Source: Patescibacteria group bacterium (lineage in GTDB: Bacteria > Patescibacteriota > Microgenomatia > UBA10105 > UBA927). Taken from it: 64,000 nucleotides of DNA. Positions within the stretch are counted from its first letter, which is position 1, and each line of letters opens with the position of its first letter. The stretch is taken from contig JBBTWJ010000003.1 of assembly GCA_038062895.1 (NCBI GenBank), forward strand, positions 27,474-91,473, in the 5' to 3' direction. The notes beneath the pieces are model-generated. The model was given only the letters and a program-made list of their open reading frames with translations. It searched no databases and was not told the DNA's origin. The translations under genes were made by a program, and so were the position numbers. Positions 48,879 through 56,702 of the stretch are shown in pieces.

Positions 48879-50177
48879 TTACATTCGCCCTACACCATAA
48901 TACACGAATCCTAATTGTTTGACACGATAGGGATCATAAATGTTGCGCCCATCAAAGAGCACGCGCTCTTTGAGCCCTTTGGCTAATTTGACCAAATCCA
49001 ACTGTCGAAATTCGTTCCATTCGGTAACGACAATCACCGCGTCTGCTCCCAAGACTGCCTCATAAGCGTCCTTCGCATAATAAATTCCAACTGGAAGCAC
49101 TTTCCTCGCATTTGCCACCGAAACAGGATCGTATGCCCGAATACCCGCTCCTTGCGCAATAAGACTGCTAATGATACTCACCGATGGGGCCTCCCGCATA
49201 TCATCGGTATCCGGTTTAAATGAAAGCCCTAAAACTGCAAGCGTTTTCCCTTTCAGATCCCCGTGAAAATGTTGTGTAATCTTTTTGACAAATCGACTTC
49301 CTGCTTCTTTATTCACGTCTTCGACAGCTTTAAGGATTAAAAAATTGTACCCGTAATGAGCGGCTATGGCAATAAGCGCTTTTACATCCTTAGGAAAACA
49401 ACTACCGCCGTATCCTACTCCTGTATAGAGAAAACTTCTCCCGAGACGTTTATCAAGTCCTACTCCATCAAGCACTTTCTCGGCATCAGCGCCGACTTTC
49501 TCGGAGAGAAATGCGATGGCATTGGCAAAAGAAATTTTGGTTGCCAGAAGAGAATTGGAGGCATATTTAATAAGCTCGGCGGTCTCCGGATTACAAAGCA
49601 CCGTCTTACCGTCAATCGATTTATGAAGCTCAAGAAGAAGTTCCTCCGCGCGCTTGGATGTCGTCCCTATGACCACGCGGTCCGGATGAAGTGTATCGTT
49701 TATCGCCGTGCCTTCCCGTAAAAATTCAGGAACGGAAGCAATCGCAAATGATGCACTCCCTGTTTTTGTGCGTTCGAGAATTTCGGAGACTTTTTTATTG
49801 GTCCCGGGCGGCACCGTGCTTTTTGTCACGACCACCTTATAACCCACAAGCGACTTTCCAACGCTTTCTGCAGCAGCGAAAACGCTCGTCAAGTCTGCCT
49901 CACCAGACGGCTTGGGCGGCGTACCGACACAGATGAAGATAATCTCTGAAGGGGTAACCGCATCGTTGTAATCCAATGTAAATCGAAGCCGGCCAGCGAC
50001 AACGTTCCTTTTCACTAACTCCTCGAGTCCCGGTTCATAAAACGGTGCTTTCCCTTTTTTCAAACTCTCAATTTTTTCCTTTGTTCGACCTACGACCCAG
50101 ACGGAATTGCCCAGATCCGCAAATACCGCAGCGGTTACGAGTCCCACATAGCCATGGCCAATAAATGTAATTGTCAT
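48879..50177 (-). CDS. ugd: UDP-glucose/GDP-mannose dehydrogenase family
   Basis: IGHGYVG, ICVGTP, KSTVPPGT, PEFLREG, GYGGSCFPKD and FDGRN motifs; start MTITF at 50177. Confidence 0.9.
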   Translation of the reverse strand: MTITFIGHGYVGLVTAAVFADLGNSVWVVGRTKEKIESLKKGKAPFYEPGLEELVKRNVVAGRLRFTLDYNDAVTPSEIIFICVGTPPKPSGEADLTSVFAAAESVGKSLVGYKVVVTKSTVPPGTNKKVSEILERTKTGSASFAIASVPEFLREGTAINDTLHPDRVVIGTTSKRAEELLLELHKSIDGKTVLCNPETAELIKYASNSLLATKISFANAIAFLSEKVGADAEKVLDGVGLDKRLGRSFLYTGVGYGGSCFPKDVKALIAIAAHYGYNFLILKAVEDVNKEAGSRFVKKITQHFHGDLKGKTLAVLGLSFKPDTDDMREAPSVSIISSLIAQGAGIRAYDPVSVANARKVLPVGIYYAKDAYEAVLGADAVIVVTEWNEFRQLDLVKLAKGLKERVLFDGRNIYDPYRVKQLGFVYYGVGRM

Positions 50178-50178
50178 A

Positions 50179-50307
50179 CCAAGTAGTGAAATTTCGCTGT
50201 TTGTGGTCAAGCCACAAACTTATACTATTTATCCCAACATAACTATCTCCCTCCAGATAGCATCTGCCTACCATGCGTCTCCGCATAAGCGAAATTCTAC
50301 TACCTGG
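50179..50307 (+). mobile_element. 129-bp inverted-repeat element (MITE-like), copy E1, opposite orientation to E2-E4
   Basis: Arms ccaagtagtgaaatttcgct (50179-98) and agcgaaattctactacctgg (50288-307); direct repeat TCATA at 50174-78 and 50308-12. Confidence 0.8.
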
Positions 50308-50313
50308 TCATAG

Positions 50314-50341
50314 AAAAAAAGATGACGCACTTTTCCGCGTC
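50314..50341 (-). terminator. Putative intrinsic terminator after rmlD
   Basis: Minus strand GACGCG-GAAAAG-TGCGTC hairpin followed by ATCTTTTTTT. Confidence 0.5.
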
Positions 50342-50343
50342 GC

Positions 50344-51198
50344 TTATAAAACCAACCGTACTCCTTCCGAGAAGGGCATCAGGGATACCCCCATGGATTC
50401 TATTTTAGTATTTTTCAATACCGCTTGAAGCGGTCGAGGAGCACGATTCTTATAATACATGGCCCACGTCGTGGATGCAATCTTTGATTCATCTAAATGA
50501 TGTGTGTGTGCAATCAGAACTGCCGCATCATAAGGCGAAAGAGCTTGAGCCCCCACAGCGTGATAAATGCCTGAAGCGTTATTGCCCACTAAACACCGTA
50601 TTACCTGAGCGATATCATCGATAAGGGTTGGCGTAATACGCTGATCTGCCGGAGCAACAATCGACTCGCCTAACCGAAGCTTTTCAATAATACGATGTAC
50701 AAAATCCGGTCGGCCTATCTGCACGGCTCGATAAGGAAAAGCAATCCGCAGAATGAGCCCTGCATTCTGAAGCCCTGTCACAAGCTTCTCTCCCTCACAT
50801 TTTGTCACCGCATACCAACTCTGTGGGTTGGGTTGCGTTTCTTCAGTATATAAGCCTATGCGTCCATCAAAAACGAAATCCGTCGAGAGAAAAAGCACAT
50901 GCATATTGTTGACTCGAGCAGCTTCGACAATGTTACGAGTCCCCTCTACATTCACGCGCCACGCGTTGCTTTTCTCCCCAAGATGCCTCTCTTTTTCCGC
51001 AACATCCAAATCTGTCGTAGCGGCGAAATGAAATACCCACGTAGCTTTCGACGCAGCAAATTTACTCATTACGACATCCTTTTGGGTAATATCGACACCG
51101 GTTTCGAGACTTAAATTTTCAAACTGAAACTCCGGTTGCAGGAGTTGGACTACTCGAGAACCGACAAGTCCGGATAATCCTGTACCTATGATATTCAC
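50344..51198 (-). CDS. rmlD: dTDP-4-dehydrorhamnose reductase
   Basis: GTGLSGLVG, STDFVFDG, YAVTK and DQRITPT motifs; GTG start at 51198. Confidence 0.85.
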   Translation of the reverse strand: MNIIGTGLSGLVGSRVVQLLQPEFQFENLSLETGVDITQKDVVMSKFAASKATWVFHFAATTDLDVAEKERHLGEKSNAWRVNVEGTRNIVEAARVNNMHVLFLSTDFVFDGRIGLYTEETQPNPQSWYAVTKCEGEKLVTGLQNAGLILRIAFPYRAVQIGRPDFVHRIIEKLRLGESIVAPADQRITPTLIDDIAQVIRCLVGNNASGIYHAVGAQALSPYDAAVLIAHTHHLDESKIASTTWAMYYKNRAPRPLQAVLKNTKIESMGVSLMPFSEGVRLVL

Positions 51199-51212
51199 GG
51201 CTGTCCCCCATA

Positions 51213-51341
51213 CCAGGTAGTAGATGTTCGATATTTCTCTTCGAAAAATGTGCTTCTGGTCATATATATTACCTCGTGTACAAAAGTGCTCATTGCTAAG
51301 CCTGTGCGCCCGACACACACAATCGAACATTCACTACCTGG
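51213..51341 (-). mobile_element. 129-bp inverted-repeat element (MITE-like), copy E2
   Basis: Arms ccaggtagtagatgttcgat (51213-32) and atcgaacattcactacctgg (51322-41); direct repeat CATA at 51209-12 and 51342-45. Confidence 0.8.
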
Positions 51342-52344
51342 CATATTGCTTTTTATAATATTCTTGATACTCCCTTGATTTGACGCGTTTCCACCATGAT
51401 TCGTGCGCTTTGTACCATGCAATGGTCTTACTCAACGATGTATCAAAATCGCAACTCGGCTGCCATCCTAACTCCTTTTGAATCTTGCTCCAATTAATCG
51501 CATACCGCCGGTCATGTCCCGGCCGGTCTTTGACAAACTCAATCGAACTGGCGCTTTCGCCCATAAGGCCAAGAATCTTTTTGACGACGGACAGGTTGTC
51601 AATATCACTAGTCTGTCCGCCAACACAATATGTTTCACCTACTTTTCCTCGCGTCAAGACAGCGTCGATTGCACGGCAATGATCTTCTACATACAGCCAA
51701 TCCCGTATATGATGTCCATCACCATATACCGGCACTTTTTTTCCTTCCAGGATATTGGTAATCGCAAGCGGAATAAGCTTTTCCGGAAAGTGGTACGGAC
51801 CAAAATTATTTGAACAGTTGGTAATTGTAACCGGAAGACCATACGTTTCATAATATACACGTACAAGATGATCAGAACTTGCCTTACTGGCGGAATATGG
51901 ACTTCTGGGGTTATATGGTGTTCGTTCATCAAACTTACTCAAAGTCCCAAGTTTAAGCGATCCGAATACTTCATCTGTTGATATATGATGAAACCGGGAG
52001 ATCTTGGCTTTCGTCGCCGCCTCAAGCAGAATATAGGTTCCGAGAATATTCGTCGTGATAAACGGCGCGGGTTCAAGTATTGATCTATCAACATGGCTCT
52101 CGGCCGCAAAATGCACTACTACATCAACTCCCTCAAGCGCTTTTTTGACCACATCAGGATCACAAATATCGCCATGAATGAATGTATATTTTGGATTACC
52201 CTCTACGTCTTCAAGATTTTCTAAATTTCCGGCGTATGTAAGCTTATCCAAATTTACAACACTATCTGCCGAATGCTCATGCATCCAATAGAGGATAAAG
52301 TTAGACCCGATGAATCCGGCTCCCCCGGTAACCAATAGTTTCAT
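51334..52344 (-). CDS. rmlB: dTDP-glucose 4,6-dehydratase
   Basis: [36 protein letters not shown] and RPGHDRRY motifs. Confidence 0.95.
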   Translation of the reverse strand: MKLLVTGGAGFIGSNFILYWMHEHSADSVVNLDKLTYAGNLENLEDVEGNPKYTFIHGDICDPDVVKKALEGVDVVVHFAAESHVDRSILEPAPFITTNILGTYILLEAATKAKISRFHHISTDEVFGSLKLGTLSKFDERTPYNPRSPYSASKASSDHLVRVYYETYGLPVTITNCSNNFGPYHFPEKLIPLAITNILEGKKVPVYGDGHHIRDWLYVEDHCRAIDAVLTRGKVGETYCVGGQTSDIDNLSVVKKILGLMGESASSIEFVKDRPGHDRRYAINWSKIQKELGWQPSCDFDTSLSKTIAWYKAHESWWKRVKSREYQEYYKKQYAR

Positions 52345-52814
52345 GTTATATTCTTATTTGTAATCTCCATCCCCTGCACCCAGTCGTAACCAATTTCGCG
52401 ATCATCATAGGGAATACGACCTTCCTCATCTTTGTGGTAAGTACCACTGGTTACGTAAACTAATTCTGCCGGTCCTTTCATCACTTTTAACCCATGCGCG
52501 ACACCTGCGGGGATTTTAAGAATGATATCCTGATTTTCCGCGCCCAGCAGAAACTCATTCAGTTCTTTGTATGTACGACTTTCTTTCCTCACGTCATACA
52601 GAGCCGCCTTTATGGTCCCTTTTACGACATACCACCAATCAATCTGTGTTTTATGGACATGCCAGGCTTTCACCACCCCGGCAATCATGGAAGAACGTGA
52701 AAGCTGCCCAAATCCTTCTGCAAATATGGGGTCGGTGACACGGATGAGCTCTTCAAAAAAACCACGTTCGTCTGGATGCCGTGTAAGCTCCTTGATTTGT
52801 ACTCCATCAATCAT
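52341..52814 (-). CDS. rmlC: dTDP-4-dehydrorhamnose 3,5-epimerase
   Basis: DERGFF, KAWH and IPAGVAHG cupin motifs. Confidence 0.85.
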   Translation of the reverse strand: MIDGVQIKELTRHPDERGFFEELIRVTDPIFAEGFGQLSRSSMIAGVVKAWHVHKTQIDWWYVVKGTIKAALYDVRKESRTYKELNEFLLGAENQDIILKIPAGVAHGLKVMKGPAELVYVTSGTYHKDEEGRIPYDDREIGYDWVQGMEITNKNIT

Positions 52815-53548
52815 AACTTCCCCTCTTTTACCAGACGCGCAACTTGTTGATTAGCAAACAGAAGCTCGTCGTAGGATGTTCCGGCGTCTATCCACCAGTC
52901 AATAATCTCACAGAGGAGTTCTTGAGCTTTGAGATAATAATTGTTAAGGTCTGTGACCTCAAGTTCTCCCCGTCCGGAAGGCATCAAATGCTTAATATAC
53001 TCAAATACGTGGGCGTCATACATATAAATTCCTGTTTGAGCTATGTCAGACTTGGGATGCTCCGGCTTCTCTTCGATAGATAAGACTTTTCCGCCTTTAT
53101 CTACTTGAATAACCCCATATTGCTTAGACTGGGTGTCTTTGTGCACCCCAAATACCATTGCACCCTTGCCAGCTGCTTCAAACTTCTTCCGAGCTGCAAG
53201 CAGATTAAAATTAAATATATTATCACCCAAAAGAACCAAAATGGGCTCATTGCCCGCAAACTCCTCTGCCAGTGCCACGGCGTCTGCAATGCCGCCTTTT
53301 GGATTCTGCTGGATAGCATAGTAGAGTTTGAGATCAAAATCTTCTCCCGCTTTCAAAAGATTAGCAAAGTGCCCTGCATGATCACCAGATGTCGTCAATA
53401 ACACTTCCTTAATGCCCGCTTTCTGCATAGCCTCAAGCGGATAATAAATCATGGGCTTGTTGTAAATAGGCAACAAGTGTTTATTTGTAACGAGTGTAAG
53501 GGGACGAAGTCTGGTAGCAAGCCCTCCGGCTAAAATGACACCTTTCAT
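52811..53548 (-). CDS. rmlA: Glucose-1-phosphate thymidylyltransferase (short SpsI/RmlA type)
   Basis: GVILAGGLATRLRP, NKHLLP, LGDN, EEKP, RGELE and WIDAGT motifs. Confidence 0.9.
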   Translation of the reverse strand: MKGVILAGGLATRLRPLTLVTNKHLLPIYNKPMIYYPLEAMQKAGIKEVLLTTSGDHAGHFANLLKAGEDFDLKLYYAIQQNPKGGIADAVALAEEFAGNEPILVLLGDNIFNFNLLAARKKFEAAGKGAMVFGVHKDTQSKQYGVIQVDKGGKVLSIEEKPEHPKSDIAQTGIYMYDAHVFEYIKHLMPSGRGELEVTDLNNYYLKAQELLCEIIDWWIDAGTSYDELLFANQQVARLVKEGKL

Positions 53549-53560
53549 ATTGGACCTCCT

Positions 53561-53809
53561 CTAATATCCTAAAACAATAAAAAGTAACGTAATGGCTATA
53601 CCGCCAATCATCACGTATTCTATCACAACTTTCCGATGGAGATCCCCCTGCATGGCGTGATGAATCATGCCCCACGCCACATACGCTATGCTCGTCACGA
53701 CACCAATCAGGAGTTGCAAGACGGTATTCCCCCGAGTCGCAATAAACATTCCAACGCCACTCGTAAGGATCAAAATAAGAACAATAAAATGAAAAATGTG
53801 CACGTTCAT
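53561..53809 (-). CDS. Small 3-TM membrane protein, hypothetical
   Basis: 82 aa; YVAWGMIHH...IEY pattern; fills the gap in operon orientation. Confidence 0.7.
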   Translation of the reverse strand: MNVHIFHFIVLILILTSGVGMFIATRGNTVLQLLIGVVTSIAYVAWGMIHHAMQGDLHRKVVIEYVMIGGIAITLLFIVLGY

Positions 53810-53815
53810 ATACTC

Positions 53816-54724
53816 CTAAAGAATTGCGCCTCTCGTCGCTATCTGTAAAAGGAAAAGCATCACGGCAAAAAACGCCATATGACCCACACTATGACCGGAA
53901 ACCCTGACAATCCTTCTTCTATATACATACCAACCATCCAACGCCACAACGAGAAGGATGAATCCCATAAATCCTGTCGTAACATATTTGGACAATCCCG
54001 ATATATCAACAACAGGCCGCACAAACACATCGGTCAATCCAAATATACTTTTTCGGGCGGCAACAGCAGCAAGTGACTGTTCTTCTTTCGGTGATACGGA
54101 CCCTGTTGTTGTAGCGGCGGACGGAGTAAGAATTGTAGGCTTAATCTGGTAGGCGATCTGACTGTCACCGGCGCCAAACATCTGAACAACAAGTGTTGTT
54201 TCTTCTCCGCCTATATGACCGTTCACCACAGCAAAACCTATATCTTTGTAATCCGCACGCATGATGTTCTCCTTATGCGTGGGAGAAGCCATCCATGCAT
54301 CCACAACTCCATTACTCATTGAAAAATTCTTCGCAAGATTTTCTCCTGCCACGCGATAATGATATCCTGCAATGGAAATAAAGGACCACGGAGTCTTCCC
54401 ATTGGGATTATTGTGAGCCCAATAATCGTCAGTGAACATATCTTGAGCTTTCAGTGCGGCGGCACGCGATAGCCGCTGATCAAGCGCCAATGGGGTAAGC
54501 CCTGCTTCTGCGCGTCTCGCATTAGTGCCTGCGAGCAACTGCTCAACCCGTATATCCGTGGCATACCCAAGCACATCAGGAAACTGCGCGTACCCAAGCG
54601 AAAGCAGGGACCGAAATAATACAAACGCCAAGAAATATACAAACATCGCATCGATATGAAGAACGCGCGCATGATGATTATTGGTCTGATGCGGAGTAAA
54701 TAAATGACGAAGAAAATCACCCAT
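53816..54724 (-). CDS. Membrane-anchored CAP (SCP/YkwD) domain protein
   Basis: TNARR, KAQDM...YWAH, AGENLA, WMASPTHKENI and VVQMFG motifs; start MGDF at 54724. Confidence 0.9.
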   Translation of the reverse strand: MGDFLRHLFTPHQTNNHHARVLHIDAMFVYFLAFVLFRSLLSLGYAQFPDVLGYATDIRVEQLLAGTNARRAEAGLTPLALDQRLSRAAALKAQDMFTDDYWAHNNPNGKTPWSFISIAGYHYRVAGENLAKNFSMSNGVVDAWMASPTHKENIMRADYKDIGFAVVNGHIGGEETTLVVQMFGAGDSQIAYQIKPTILTPSAATTTGSVSPKEEQSLAAVAARKSIFGLTDVFVRPVVDISGLSKYVTTGFMGFILLVVALDGWYVYRRRIVRVSGHSVGHMAFFAVMLFLLQIATRGAIL

Positions 54725-54725
54725 A

Positions 54726-54860
54726 CCAGGTAGTAGAACTTCGCAGTTCCTCATCGGAACAACAAAATTATCCTCCCTTCGTTGATAAACATATTGTATA
54801 TAGCCAACGAGTGCTCTACTTTGATGCATTTACTGCATCAAGCGAAGTTTCACTACCTGG
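54726..54860 (-). mobile_element. 135-bp inverted-repeat element (MITE-like), copy E3
   Basis: Arms ccaggtagtagaacttcgc (54726-44) and gcgaagtttcactacctgg (54842-60); direct repeat CATA at 54722-25 and 54861-64. Confidence 0.8.
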
Positions 54861-54871
54861 CATACAGTACT

Positions 54872-54880
54872 ATCATAGCA
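54872..54880 (-). promoter_or_regulatory. Extended -10 element TGcTATGAT, 8 nt before the ATG in the upstream target duplication of E3
   Basis: Minus strand TGC TATGAT AGTACTGT ATG. Confidence 0.5.
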
Positions 54881-54909
54881 ACCTCACAGTAAATTACCAA
54901 CGCCAGGAT

Positions 54910-55830
54910 TTACAATGGGTAGCGATCACCTTCGTACACAGGAGCAACCGTCTGTCCAACGGGTAAGCCATTGATGGGGACACCAAGAAGGACGCCAAGC
55001 ATATTGGCTATGGCGATCCCCACCCGAAGCCCTGTATAGGATCCGGGGCCAACAGAAACGGTAATTGCCGTAACATCGTCAAACGTTAACTCTTGCTCTT
55101 TAAAAAGCTCCTCAACCATCGGTAGAACTTCTTGTGCTTTCGCTTTTGATAACGGTTTTTCTAATGCGTGTTGCCCACGATCGCTCGTTTTTACAGCAAC
55201 TCGAATCACCTCTGATCCGGAAGAATCAATAATGAGGACAACCCCGTGAAGAACGATGGAGCCCTGACGTATTATCTGATAGGGACGAACGCTACAATCA
55301 ACCACCGTAGAAGCACCCTTCACGGAGCATTCACCTGGTACAACGTAATCCACGAGTCTGACGAGCTCCGGATCAAGATCATCAAACCGGTAGGGAGTCG
55401 GATTGCCGTGAAAGTTGGCTGAAGGCCCGAGAATTGGCACGCCCACACCCCGGATAAGCGCCAACGCGGCCTCGTGATGAGGCATCCGTAAACCAATATT
55501 TATTCCATCGCCACGGATAGGGGAGTATACCAGCTCTTTTTTGCATGGCGCGATAATAGTAAGTGCACCCGGCCAGTATTTTTTTATGAGATGTCGTACA
55601 ATTTGCGGAGGATCAAGATAGTAGGAGAGTGCTTGCTTCTCTGAAGACACGAGCACGGGTGTCGCCTGTGTCAATGGGCGTCTGCGTAATGCAAACAATC
55701 TGTCAACAGCTTTCATATCATCCATCCGGCACCCTATACCGAATGCCGTATCCGTCGGAAAAATAACGATGCCCCCATTACTTAGTATATGTATCGCTTT
55801 ATTAATCAGTTCTTTATTTTGTGTTTCCAT
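54910..55830 (-). CDS. tsaC: L-threonylcarbamoyladenylate synthase (TsaC/YrdC) fused to a short TsaB-like domain
   Basis: FPTDTAFG, WPGALT, PSAN and STVVD (TsaC), then IIDSS...GPGSYTGLRVG (TsaB) in one ORF. Confidence 0.85.
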   Translation of the reverse strand: METQNKELINKAIHILSNGGIVIFPTDTAFGIGCRMDDMKAVDRLFALRRRPLTQATPVLVSSEKQALSYYLDPPQIVRHLIKKYWPGALTIIAPCKKELVYSPIRGDGINIGLRMPHHEAALALIRGVGVPILGPSANFHGNPTPYRFDDLDPELVRLVDYVVPGECSVKGASTVVDCSVRPYQIIRQGSIVLHGVVLIIDSSGSEVIRVAVKTSDRGQHALEKPLSKAKAQEVLPMVEELFKEQELTFDDVTAITVSVGPGSYTGLRVGIAIANMLGVLLGVPINGLPVGQTVAPVYEGDRYPL

Positions 55831-55860
55831 AGTGCTTCTCAATAATTTCTAAATTCTAAT

Positions 55861-56367
55861 TTAGGTCAATTTTACAATCGCTATTCGATGCGTATCGTCC
55901 GATAAAATGGAGAACCGGATCTCTATTCGGCGTTTCGGGAGCAAACTACCGAGTTTTTCTGCCCATTCAATAAGGACAATTGAATCAGGATCAGCTAAAA
56001 TTTCCGGTAAGCCTAACTCCACGAGTTCTTTTTCGCCCATTACACGATAAAGATCCATGTGATAAAAAAAACCGACGCTATGAGGCATTGAATAACGTCG
56101 TACAATAAAAAAGGTCGGGGAGGGCAGGCGAGAGGTTATTCCACAGGTTTTTGCCAATCCCTGAACAAACGTCGTCTTCCCGCTCCCTAAATCTCCATAG
56201 AGACATACAGTTGTGGCTCCAGACCATCCACTCCCCTTTTTCCGTCTTGTCCCGAGTCTTTCCGAGGGATTACCTTTATCCTTTTTCCTTAATACATTCC
56301 CAAGTTCTTGGCCAAGATTCGCAGTTTCTTGGGGGCTCGTGGTACTACGTGACCTAAAAATATCCAT
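55861..56367 (-). CDS. tsaE: tRNA threonylcarbamoyladenosine biosynthesis ATPase
   Basis: GDLGSGKTTF, SPTF, HMDLYR and IEWAE motifs; AGGAGG Shine-Dalgarno. Confidence 0.92.
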   Translation of the reverse strand: MDIFRSRSTTSPQETANLGQELGNVLRKKDKGNPSERLGTRRKKGSGWSGATTVCLYGDLGSGKTTFVQGLAKTCGITSRLPSPTFFIVRRYSMPHSVGFFYHMDLYRVMGEKELVELGLPEILADPDSIVLIEWAEKLGSLLPKRRIEIRFSILSDDTHRIAIVKLT

Positions 56368-56702
56368 ACTCCTCCTGCTCCAATGGCGTCAATTATAACA
56401 TCACGGAACTTTCCCTCTCTGGTTGGGACATAAAGTTGATGAATTTCATCAGTCCCCGCATAAAGAATCGTCAATACAAACGCCATCACGAATACGGTGA
56501 CGCTCGTACCGAAACGAAATGAGGACCGAAGCGCACGGACATATAAGAAAAATAAGATACTGTATTCAATAACGTGAAGCGTTTTGAAAAAAAGAAAGTT
56601 GATGAGTGGTTCCTGGGCAACTTGGACACTTGACCTGCTGGATAAGAAAAAAATAACCGCCATCCAGACGATTGCAGGAAACCAATACCGGATAAACTTC
56701 AT
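56289..56702 (-). CDS. VanZ family membrane protein
   Basis: WMAVIFFLSS, KTLHVIEY and DEIHQLYVPTR...D motifs. Confidence 0.85.
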   Translation of the reverse strand: MKFIRYWFPAIVWMAVIFFLSSRSSVQVAQEPLINFLFFKTLHVIEYSILFFLYVRALRSSFRFGTSVTVFVMAFVLTILYAGTDEIHQLYVPTREGKFRDVIIDAIGAGGVWIFLGHVVPRAPKKLRILAKNLGMY

